64,000 nt of DNA from a virus: the IMG/VR virus record IMGVR_UViG_2084038018_000001, positions 1-64,000 of that record, one strand, 5' to 3'. Positions 17,393 through 24,655 of this stretch are shown here, piece after piece (position 1 is the stretch's first letter; each line of letters opens with the position of its first letter). The translations under genes and the position numbers were made by a program. Under the pieces are notes generated by a model. It searched no databases. It was not told the DNA's origin and was given only the letters and a program-made list of their open reading frames with translations.

Positions 17393-18565
17393 ATGTTTAA
17401 CGTTGCAAGACAACCTGGTGGTGTCCAGGCACTCTTCTTCACCGGATATGTTGCTGGTGTCGATCTTAAGCGTTCAGCCTGTAAGATCCGTACGGACTCA
17501 GGCCAGACGATCAACGGCGTTCGCTGGCTAAAAAATGCCGGTGGGGCCAACTCCTACGGTGACAACGCCGGTCCATCCGAGCAGGATCGCGTCATGGTCA
17601 TGAAGCTTCCGGGCAATGAGCACTGGATCTTCGGCTACGTCCCGGTGACCACGAACGATAACGATAAGGCCGTCGGCCCCGCTCTCGGTCAGCAAGGCGT
17701 CTCCCCCGAAGAGCTCGCTAACTTCTCGACCGCACAGTCAGACTCCGTTTCCGGAGACCAATCGATGCCTGCCGATCAGCGTGTCGGTGACCGTTCCTGG
17801 ACATCCCACGGTGGCGGAATGATTGCCCTGATGCGTGCCGGTACGGTTCTCGCTAAGGCTTCCCCGACGGCCCTCTTCATGCTCTCACCGTTCGATGACG
17901 TCGGTCGTCTCGTGACACGTAACTGGGAGCACTATACGGATGTCGACTCCGTTCAGAAGATCTCTGCCGGTGGTGCTGTATCCTCGGTCCATGAGTATTA
18001 CCCGACGTCCGCCCGGGCCCGTAATGGACAACCTTCGATGCGTGAGACCCGCGGTAATGCCGGAGCAGTAGGGGATGCTGGCGGTATTGCCCGTCGTGTG
18101 ACCTTCAATGACGGTGGAACGATGACGTCTCAGCAGACGGAATACGCTGACGGCCGTAAGCATGAGCTCGTGACGACCGGTGGTTCAACGGTGGAGAGCG
18201 ACACGACGATCACTGGGAAGTTCACGAAGGTTCATGGAGGAGACACGACGTACTTCAACATGAATGAGTCAACCATCCACTTCGACGTAGCGAATGACAT
18301 CAAGGTCGATGCCGATAAGAACGGAATCATCATCGATGCATCGGGGCAGGCGAAGATCACTATTCCGAAGTCCGGGAAGATCGTAGTGGAATGCTCCGCA
18401 GACATGCTCATGAAGGCCGGCGGACAGATGGACTTCCAGTCTGGCGGATCGATGAACTTCGGTGCCGGCGGTGGGCTGAACTTCACGTCTGCATCCGGTG
18501 GCGGTACAGCGAACATGACTGTCGGTACGCTGAACATCAATGCGAACGAGGTGAACATTGACTGA
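17393..18565 (+). CDS. baseplate central spike (gpV/gp5/VgrG-like)
   Basis: N-terminal OB-fold-like pattern (DRVMVMKLPGNEHWIFGYVP) and C-terminal Gly-rich beta-helix-like repeats (GGQMDFQSGGSMNFGAGGGLNFTSASGGG). Followed by a PAAR-like gene. Confidence 0.6.
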   Translation: MFNVARQPGGVQALFFTGYVAGVDLKRSACKIRTDSGQTINGVRWLKNAGGANSYGDNAGPSEQDRVMVMKLPGNEHWIFGYVPVTTNDNDKAVGPALGQQGVSPEELANFSTAQSDSVSGDQSMPADQRVGDRSWTSHGGGMIALMRAGTVLAKASPTALFMLSPFDDVGRLVTRNWEHYTDVDSVQKISAGGAVSSVHEYYPTSARARNGQPSMRETRGNAGAVGDAGGIARRVTFNDGGTMTSQQTEYADGRKHELVTTGGSTVESDTTITGKFTKVHGGDTTYFNMNESTIHFDVANDIKVDADKNGIIIDASGQAKITIPKSGKIVVECSADMLMKAGGQMDFQSGGSMNFGAGGGLNFTSASGGGTANMTVGTLNINANEVNID

Positions 18566-18854
18566 GTTAGTGGCAGTTGAAGGTACCATGACGGCCGGCC
18601 AGGGAGGCTGGTCTCGTGTGGCGCTGGCCCGTAATCCGAGCCCTAAGGTCCGAATCTCCGGGAAGCAAGTCCTCGTTGTCGGCTCCGGTGGTGAAACTCA
18701 CCGTAAGGGAGACACGAGTCGTCCGTGCTTCGTCCTCTCGGGATCTTCCAAGGTGAAGATCGGTGGGATTCCAGTCGCTCGAGTCACCGACTCAGTCTCT
18801 GACGGCGACGTCCTCTCGGCAGACGGTGCATCCACTTTCGTACGCTTCGCCTGA
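18558..18854 (+). CDS. PAAR-like spike tip protein
   Basis: SGSSKVKIGGIPVARVTDSVSDGD resembles the PAAR motif region. Overlaps the spike gene by 8 nt. The ORF opens with TTG at 18558 and the first ATG is at 18588. Confidence 0.5.
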   Translation: MTELVAVEGTMTAGQGGWSRVALARNPSPKVRISGKQVLVVGSGGETHRKGDTSRPCFVLSGSSKVKIGGIPVARVTDSVSDGDVLSADGASTFVRFA

Positions 18855-18874
18855 GGCTCTCTCAGGCGTTTTCT
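18849..18874 (+). terminator. rho-independent terminator ending the rightward virion block
   Basis: GCCTGAG-GCTCT-CTCAGGC hairpin (contains the stop codon) followed by GTTTTCT. Confidence 0.7.
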
Positions 18875-18885
18875 GGCTAAAAGTG

Positions 18886-18906
18886 GGCTGACCTACGTCC
18901 TACCCC
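18886..18906. repeat. 21-nt exact sequence GGCTGACCTACGTCCTACCCC; inverted partner at 56318-56338
   Basis: The reverse complement of 56318-56338 is identical. Weaker similarity continues for about 20 nt further. Confidence 0.8.
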
Positions 18907-18935
18907 TAGCGACGCTCACAGAGCGTTCTAGAGGC

Positions 18936-18961
18936 CTTAAAACAGGGGGCAGCGAGCCCCC
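18936..18961 (-). terminator. rho-independent terminator for leftward transcripts
   Basis: On the minus strand, GGGGGC-TCGCT-GCCCCC followed by TGTTTTAAGG. Confidence 0.6.
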
Positions 18962-19033
18962 AGTGAAGTGTGGTAGTTTTACTCGGTACGGCAATTTGGT
19001 CCTGCATTAGAGTTGTTCATGGTTACTTCCTTT

Positions 19034-19147
19034 TCAAATTAACTTGAGGCGAATCCCGATGCGGACCACGTGAGACGCGATTAATCGTATTATGATGAGG
19101 TATCGCGGTAAGGTCATCACGTTCATTCTTGGGACTAACGCAAACAT
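19034..19147 (-). CDS. small hydrophobic/basic ORF (37 aa)
   Basis: MFALVPRMNVMTLPRYLIIIRLIASHVVRIGIRLKLI. AGGAG lies 7 nt upstream and a TGGTATAAG box 27 nt upstream, the same spacing as at two other leftward genes. Confidence 0.35.
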   Translation of the reverse strand: MFALVPRMNVMTLPRYLIIIRLIASHVVRIGIRLKLI

Positions 19148-19174
19148 AATCATTCTCCTGTTCTATGTACTTTA

Positions 19175-19183
19175 CTTATACCA
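19175..19183 (-). promoter_or_regulatory. extended -10-like box TGGTATAAG (minus strand)
   Basis: Overlaps the stop codon of the 143-aa gene. Member of the leftward box family (19175, 29115, 49810, 61218, 63267). Confidence 0.4.
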
Positions 19184-19607
19184 GTGAAGCGAGAGGATAT
19201 AGGACGACAGGATTCGACTCAGAGTCGTGCAGTGTAGCCAGGACCGCCAGCAACTGAATGTAGTTCTCATTGTCCAAACCTACCTCCTCCCCTCCATTCC
19301 CCCGGCGTTCCAGTAGGGTTAATACACCACCGAAGAACCAATAAGTACCGGTACAGAAATGCTTGAAGACCTGCTCCATCAGGCGGAACGCGAAGTCCTG
19401 TGAAGGCCTCCGGAGGACCTGCGGACAGTCAATAGTCAGTCGACGATTCTCATCGAAGACGATCGTGCAGGTCGCAAAGCACTCGAGATCATCCTGCTGT
19501 TGAAGCCGATTGAGCATCTCTTCACGCGTCAGTGAGCAGAGCATAGGCTCGATCAACCCGAACTCTGGAAGGGTAATGCGGTGCAGGCATAAGTTTTTCG
19601 GAATCAT
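19176..19607 (-). CDS. hypothetical protein (143 aa)
   Basis: ORF with AGAGAG/TAACT leader, downstream of an attenuator hairpin. Confidence 0.6.
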   Translation of the reverse strand: MIPKNLCLHRITLPEFGLIEPMLCSLTREEMLNRLQQQDDLECFATCTIVFDENRRLTIDCPQVLRRPSQDFAFRLMEQVFKHFCTGTYWFFGGVLTLLERRGNGGEEVGLDNENYIQLLAVLATLHDSESNPVVLYPLASLV

Positions 19608-19618
19608 AGTTACTCTCT

Positions 19619-19637
19619 AAAAAGGGGCCGAAGCCCC
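19619..19637 (-). terminator. intra-operon hairpin terminator/attenuator
   Basis: On the minus strand, GGGGC-TTCG-GCCCC followed by TTTTT. Confidence 0.55.
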
Positions 19638-19643
19638 TAGTCA

Positions 19644-20606
19644 TTACGCTACCAGATCACCTAAGAGATCGAAAGCAGCTTTATCGTATGGATTACTGTT
19701 GAAGTGATCCACGACACGTTTGATCATCGGGGACCATTCGATGCACGGAGCAATCTGTGGGTGAAGGACGGCCAGAGCGTGAGCACTCACGAAGATCGCA
19801 CCTCCACGTACTCCCAGGTCATGAGAGCCGATGGATGCACCGTTCTGACGGATCAGTTGCTGGCCGTAGTCCGGGTTTGTCTGCAGGCCATAGATGCTAT
19901 GGTACAGATCATAGAGGTTGAACAGCACACCGTTAGAACCGATGGCTACTAACGTACGGATTGGGTAGCCGTTAAAGGTCAGGTCACCCAGAATGGTGCT
20001 GGTATTCAGTACAGCCACTTCGGAGCGAAGTACTTCTTCTTCCGCCGGATTCCCCTGAAAGGGTTCAACCGGACGGACCGTCACGGTATCGTTCTGAATC
20101 GCTGTGATCACGTGACCTTCTGGAACCGGGTCAGCGATGCTCTGCTGGGTACCGGAACCCAGGCGAACGTCCTGTGCAACCGCTGTCGCCAAAGTCGGAG
20201 CGAAGGCATCCAGCTGAGCACCCGGGACCGCTTCAACGATCGGGTCAACTGCCGGCACGCCATTATGATCCACACGCAGGGTCGGACCGTTCGCGTTCTG
20301 GATGGAAACCACCAGAGCGGAGATCACACCGGTGTGGTCGCCAGGGAATAGATTCTCGAAGAGATCGACGAGAGTCTGACCTTCGACGTACAGCGTGCCA
20401 TCGAGAATAGCGACGTCTTCAACGTCATCCTGTTGGATGTCATCTTCCAGGATATCGGAAGAGGAGTAGTCCAGAACTTCACGCAGTGCTTCAAGCACTT
20501 CGCCGTGAACGATCTCGTCGTCTTCAGCGATCTGACGGATCAGTTGGATAACGTTAGGTTTGGTGCCAACGGTATCGATGAAATTGTCGTTGATAAACAG
20601 GTTCAT
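19644..20606 (-). CDS. hypothetical protein (320 aa)
   Basis: Long ORF with an acidic N-terminal half. No motif recognised. Confidence 0.65.
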   Translation of the reverse strand: MNLFINDNFIDTVGTKPNVIQLIRQIAEDDEIVHGEVLEALREVLDYSSSDILEDDIQQDDVEDVAILDGTLYVEGQTLVDLFENLFPGDHTGVISALVVSIQNANGPTLRVDHNGVPAVDPIVEAVPGAQLDAFAPTLATAVAQDVRLGSGTQQSIADPVPEGHVITAIQNDTVTVRPVEPFQGNPAEEEVLRSEVAVLNTSTILGDLTFNGYPIRTLVAIGSNGVLFNLYDLYHSIYGLQTNPDYGQQLIRQNGASIGSHDLGVRGGAIFVSAHALAVLHPQIAPCIEWSPMIKRVVDHFNSNPYDKAAFDLLGDLVA

Positions 20607-20614
20607 AAGGTTCC

Positions 20615-21082
20615 TTATTGCCAGTAGGCCATTGGGTTAACTGAGTATTCGAACAGTGTGACTTCGGACAGACGATCCTCGGTCACGAGTGTTGGAGCTT
20701 CTGCAACGATCGATGCATAACGCTCTTCCAGCTCGGAGAATTCTATCACACGATTCGCTAAAAGGACACGTCCACGGGTCACTTCATCGATGCTCACCTC
20801 CACTGCCTTCTTGCGGGCGAGCATGAGGATACCATCGGCGAGCAGGCCGGGGAACTTACGAAGGAACAGGCGGTTGCCGATCACATCGAATTTCACAGGG
20901 TAGTAGCAGAACTTCGGTACCGGAGCCGAGCCCGGGACGCCTTGCTCGTAGTCGAGGACAACAAAGTAGTTCACCTTGTTCTCCAGCGTACCGCTTACAA
21001 AGCTAGGCTTCTCGCCGGCGGGGTTGATCTGCAAATTCCCCATGAGTAGGTAGTTAAAGACGCTGGTTACTTTTTCCATCAC
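20615..21082 (-). CDS. hypothetical protein (155 aa)
   Basis: First gene downstream of repeat copy 1, preceded by a leader of about 170 nt. Confidence 0.65.
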   Translation of the reverse strand: MMEKVTSVFNYLLMGNLQINPAGEKPSFVSGTLENKVNYFVVLDYEQGVPGSAPVPKFCYYPVKFDVIGNRLFLRKFPGLLADGILMLARKKAVEVSIDEVTRGRVLLANRVIEFSELEERYASIVAEAPTLVTEDRLSEVTLFEYSVNPMAYWQ

Positions 21083-21263
21083 ACCCTCTACAGATAGCCG
21101 CGTTTTATCCCTTCGCGGACAATGAGTCCCGCGATTGTCTTAATGAAGGCCAAAAATTGAACCAGAGATATCGAACACAGCATTTTGCCTCCAACGGGTT
21201 AGGTCCCGCAACCTGGACACGAAAAGAATAGTACTCACCGTGAGTACTCCTGGGTCCATGTTA

Positions 21264-21272
21264 GTTATACCT
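21264..21272 (-). promoter_or_regulatory. -10-like box AGGTATAAC (minus strand)
   Basis: Lies within the 18-nt block CATGTTAGTTATACCTGC, which is shared with 54943-54960. Confidence 0.35.
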
Positions 21273-21338
21273 GCCGTACGCCTTTTATTGAATGACGTTT
21301 GCGTGATATGCTTAGAGCGGTAAGCGATCCGGGCCTGC

Positions 21339-21535
21339 CAAACGTTGTAACCGTACAAACCCACCTCAACACAGCCCTATAGCTCCTTAGGGTCTATATA
21401 TTATTTATTTTTTAAAAAAAGACATTCGTAATATATATAGTAGGTCTACCCTTATAGATGTCTTAGGGTGACGTTTGAAAGGTTACAACGTTTGAATCGT
21501 CTGAAACCCGCGTCATTACTGGGTTTTCTTGTAAC
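21339..21535 (+). repeat. 197-bp intergenic element, copy 1 (copy 2 at 55045-55241)
   Basis: 3 mismatches between copies by eye. 14-bp perfect terminal inverted repeat, CAAACGTTGTAACC (21339-21352) and GGTTACAACGTTTG (21481-21494), around an AT-rich core TATATATTATTTATTTTTTAAAAAAAGACATTCGTAATATATATAG. Further GTAACC/AACGTTTG half-sites at 21531-21570. Confidence 0.9.
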
Positions 21536-21582
21536 CTTGACGTACGAATGAACGTTTGAGTGGTTACAAATGGGCGTTCTAG

Positions 21583-21590
21583 CTAAAATA
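21583..21590 (+). promoter_or_regulatory. candidate rightward promoter box CTAAAATA
   Basis: 31 nt upstream of the ATG at 21622. Confidence 0.25.
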
Positions 21591-21621
21591 TCAATAGTAA
21601 TTCAACACGAGGAACCTCTCA

Positions 21622-22551
21622 ATGTCATTGACAACTGAAGAAATTATCGGGGGAATGTACCGAGCTCACCAAGCAGGGCAGCCATTCGCTGCTCTGGTGG
21701 CCAATCCCCACTTCGCGAACCTGTCACTGGAAGATAAGAAGCAAGTCCTGGCAGGATTTCGTAAGCGTATGGGCGGTGAGTCATCCTCAGCCGTCAATGC
21801 GATCGCTAATGTAGTGAAGGGTACCGCAGGCGGTGCCGCAGCAGGTATTCCTCTGGGTATGGCCGTGCCGCTGGCCCTGGAGATGTCTGAGACCGGTGCG
21901 ACTCGTCGTAGCGTCCTCGATGCTCTGAAGACTGCCGCTTCCAACAAGAATGTCAAACTGCTCGTCGGTACCGGGATGGCCGTAGGTGCAGTCGGTGGGC
22001 TGATCAACTCGGCTATGCAGCTGTATCAGGCTAAAAAGGACCGCAGCCAGATGCGTCAGGATCTCGAAGAAGCCTCTCAGGGCGGTGAAGCTCTCGCAGC
22101 GGCATCCTTCGGTGCTATCGGCGGTCATGGAGTGGCTCGTCAGGTTAACGTCGACCCGGTCGTTAAGACCTTTCGTGATATTGCCACCCCTTACGCAGTG
22201 ACATCTGCACGTTACGGACACTATGCATCCCTCGTCGATGCGAAGAGCCCGGACCACTACGCCGAGGTCATTACCCGTGCCCATGAGAAGGCCCTTCAAG
22301 GCCAGCCTCAGAGCCCGCAGGGATTGGCGAACATCGCTAAGGAATTGGCTAAAACCCGCGGCCACTACGATTCTCTGAAGGGAATTGTCGTAAACTCACC
22401 TCGAGAGCTGAACATCGACCCAGCAACCATCGGTGCTACCGTGGAAGAGATCGATCGCTTAGGCTCAACGAACGAAACGAACATTCAGAACCTGAATACA
22501 CTTGAACAATTTGCCCGTCAAGTGCGAGACATGAAAAGAGGAGTTCAATAA
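21622..22551 (+). CDS. hypothetical protein with Gly/Ala-rich hydrophobic segments (309 aa)
   Basis: GAGGAA SD. Segments GTAGGAAAGIPLGMAVPLAL and LLVGTGMAVGAVGGLI look membrane-active. Confidence 0.65.
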   Translation: MSLTTEEIIGGMYRAHQAGQPFAALVANPHFANLSLEDKKQVLAGFRKRMGGESSSAVNAIANVVKGTAGGAAAGIPLGMAVPLALEMSETGATRRSVLDALKTAASNKNVKLLVGTGMAVGAVGGLINSAMQLYQAKKDRSQMRQDLEEASQGGEALAAASFGAIGGHGVARQVNVDPVVKTFRDIATPYAVTSARYGHYASLVDAKSPDHYAEVITRAHEKALQGQPQSPQGLANIAKELAKTRGHYDSLKGIVVNSPRELNIDPATIGATVEEIDRLGSTNETNIQNLNTLEQFARQVRDMKRGVQ

Positions 22552-23420
22552 TGTCACTTCATGCTATCAAAAACGTACTGGAGCTAGTGCCGGAGGCATC
22601 TGGCTTCATTAAGCGGGCGTATGTGGAAGAAGACTTTCCTACCAAAGATAAGGACAGTACTGTCGCATCCGCTCTGGAAATTGCATTCCTGACTAAGGTC
22701 GCAGGACAGACTGTCGACTACGACGACATCGCTCGTGTCACCAAGGCCGTCCGTCTCTACGGAGTTGCCGAAGACGTTGCCCGTCTGACTGGCACGATGG
22801 AGAAGGCCGCTGCGATGCGTGCTGAAGAAGCTCGTGGTACCGAGTATGAACTCCGTACCGCTGAAGCGATTATCGAATCTAAGTGTTCCGGCCTAATGGA
22901 CATCGAGAAGGTTGCGAGCCAGTCGGCAGCCCTGTATGATAACTATGCCGATGACATCCAATCCGACATCGTCCGTCTGTACGCCGGGGCTGGGAAACTG
23001 AACAAAGAAGCTGCCGTGATGGCAGTCGAGCACCGTGCTAAGGTCACTGGTAGCCAGGAATTCGTTAAGTTAGCGGAAGTCTTCCGTGGGACGAACCCTG
23101 ATACTCTGACCGTCGAAGAGAACCGTGCCCTAGCGGGTGCCGTGATTCACTTTGAGAAGAAAGCAGGCTACCTCGGTGACTTCTACCGTGACGCCTTCTG
23201 GTTCACGAAGGAAGCGATCGATCGCTCAATCACCGTGAATCTTGGCTCGAAGTCTGTCCCAGCGACTAAGCTGCAGGCTCTTCCGAAGGCTCAAGTACAG
23301 CAGATGGTCGGAGATGACATCGCGGAACTGTTAGCCGGTGACCTGATGAACCTGAAACACGGTGTCGAAGCGTTGCCAATTGCTGAGAAACAACTACTCG
23401 CGAGAATCTGCCGATGCTAA
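22551..23420 (+). CDS. hypothetical helical protein (289 aa)
   Basis: Start overlaps the previous stop (TAATG). Ala/Glu/Lys-rich. Confidence 0.65.
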   Translation: MSLHAIKNVLELVPEASGFIKRAYVEEDFPTKDKDSTVASALEIAFLTKVAGQTVDYDDIARVTKAVRLYGVAEDVARLTGTMEKAAAMRAEEARGTEYELRTAEAIIESKCSGLMDIEKVASQSAALYDNYADDIQSDIVRLYAGAGKLNKEAAVMAVEHRAKVTGSQEFVKLAEVFRGTNPDTLTVEENRALAGAVIHFEKKAGYLGDFYRDAFWFTKEAIDRSITVNLGSKSVPATKLQALPKAQVQQMVGDDIAELLAGDLMNLKHGVEALPIAEKQLLARICRC

Positions 23421-23893
23421 GCAAACTGAAAGCTACCCTGGACAAACGCTACGGGCCTGACTGGCCTGAACTGGACGTTGAGACGATCTCTCTGGACCTG
23501 GGCCACGCCCTGACGCCGGTGATGGTCTCTCAGCTGATGGTTCTGCGTACCCTGGGTAAGCACCCTGAGAAGTTCCTGAACGACGCCTCGTACTTCCTAC
23601 GGTTCGTCGAAGCAGCGAACGCTCACCCCGTAGACCCGTCGGTCGTCTACATGCCGAACGTACTGGAACTCGCCTGGGGCTTAATCGAGCTGCACCGCAT
23701 CCTCCCGGGTGCCGAGCTGTCGAACGCCATCCAGACTGTCTGCTCCTACATCCTGAAGGATGAGGGCTTCGGCTCAGCACCAGAACCCTTCACCTTCGTG
23801 ACCGGTCTGGACAACCCGGATGAATCCCCTGAGCAGAAAGAAGCTCGGGCGAAAGCCATCCGCCTCTACGCCCTGGCGATGGAGGAACTGTGA
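23414..23893 (+). CDS. hypothetical protein (159 aa)
   Basis: Overlaps the upstream gene by 7 nt. Confidence 0.6.
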   Translation: MLSKLKATLDKRYGPDWPELDVETISLDLGHALTPVMVSQLMVLRTLGKHPEKFLNDASYFLRFVEAANAHPVDPSVVYMPNVLELAWGLIELHRILPGAELSNAIQTVCSYILKDEGFGSAPEPFTFVTGLDNPDESPEQKEARAKAIRLYALAMEEL

Positions 23894-24147
23894 AACTGAG
23901 TCGGATTCGTGCAGAACGCGACAGGATGGAAAGGCTAGAGCGTAAGCACATTGCTCGAATCAACCAGGCGAACGGCCACGAAGCCAACGAGTATCACGAC
24001 CGTAAATACCATGAGTCCCAAGCGAAAGCCTACACCAAAGGCGATCCTAAGGGCCTCATGGCCTATGTGGGAAAAGCCCATGCTAAAAAATTGGCTGAGT
24101 ACCACCTACGCCTGGCGAAAGCCTTTGAGAAGGAGGAGTCACGATGA
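23890..24147 (+). CDS. His-rich small protein, paralogue A (85 aa)
   Basis: Aligns by eye with the next gene (IRAERDR.. / IREERKR.., ..YHESQA / YHKSLA, AEYHLRLAKAFEKEE / QAHHERLMQALEE). 4-nt overlaps at both ends. Confidence 0.6.
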   Translation: MKLSRIRAERDRMERLERKHIARINQANGHEANEYHDRKYHESQAKAYTKGDPKGLMAYVGKAHAKKLAEYHLRLAKAFEKEESR

Positions 24148-24422
24148 CCCTTACTGAAATCCGTGAAGAACGTAAACGCACACGCCTTAAGACGCCACGC
24201 TGGCATGAGCTGAACAAGATGGAAGGCGATCGCATCGCTGAGATCAATGTGAAGCACGGCGGGGAGAGCAATCCGCACCACGGTAAGCTCTACCACAAGT
24301 CTTTAGCCGAAGGTCACCGCATCAAGTCAGAGGGCAAGACCTTGACGGCGTACCTTAAGCGTGGGCACCACCGTAAGATGCAGGCGCATCATGAGCGTCT
24401 CATGCAAGCCTTGGAGGAATAA
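24144..24422 (+). CDS. His-rich small protein, paralogue B (92 aa)
   Basis: See paralogue A. Confidence 0.6.
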   Translation: MTLTEIREERKRTRLKTPRWHELNKMEGDRIAEINVKHGGESNPHHGKLYHKSLAEGHRIKSEGKTLTAYLKRGHHRKMQAHHERLMQALEE

Positions 24423-24655
24423 TGGCAACTATCGATGACGTAATGGCGAAGCTCGAGCTGATCCATGACGATGTAAAAAAAGGCCTAGTACTACAGGCCG
24501 AACTCCAAGCAGCCGCGACAGGCTCTTGGCAATGGGATAAGAAGTCCGGCATCCTCAAGATGTACAATGCCGAGGGAACCGAAATCGCCGTATTCAGCGT
24601 TTCCGATTCTCCCGACAAAGCTACTCGAGAACGCCGGGTAGACTTAGAGTCCTAA
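24422..24655 (+). CDS. hypothetical protein (77 aa)
   Basis: TAATG coupling with the upstream gene. The 3' end overlaps the convergent E1-like gene by 12 nt. Confidence 0.55.
   Translation: MATIDDVMAKLELIHDDVKKGLVLQAELQAAATGSWQWDKKSGILKMYNAEGTEIAVFSVSDSPDKATRERRVDLES

Noticed and set aside
21140-21364. 74-aa minus-strand ORF in the intergenic region
   Set aside because: It runs across the promoter box and into the conserved 197-bp repeat and has no SD. The equivalent region at copy 2 has no matching ORF.
21339-21494. Reading the repeated element as a MITE-type mobile element because of its 14-bp terminal inverted repeats
   Set aside because: The near-identity continues about 40 bp beyond the right TIR, and diverged homology continues left of the left TIR. 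No target-site duplication flanks either copy and no transposase is in the window. I kept it as a repeat of unknown function rather than a mobile element.
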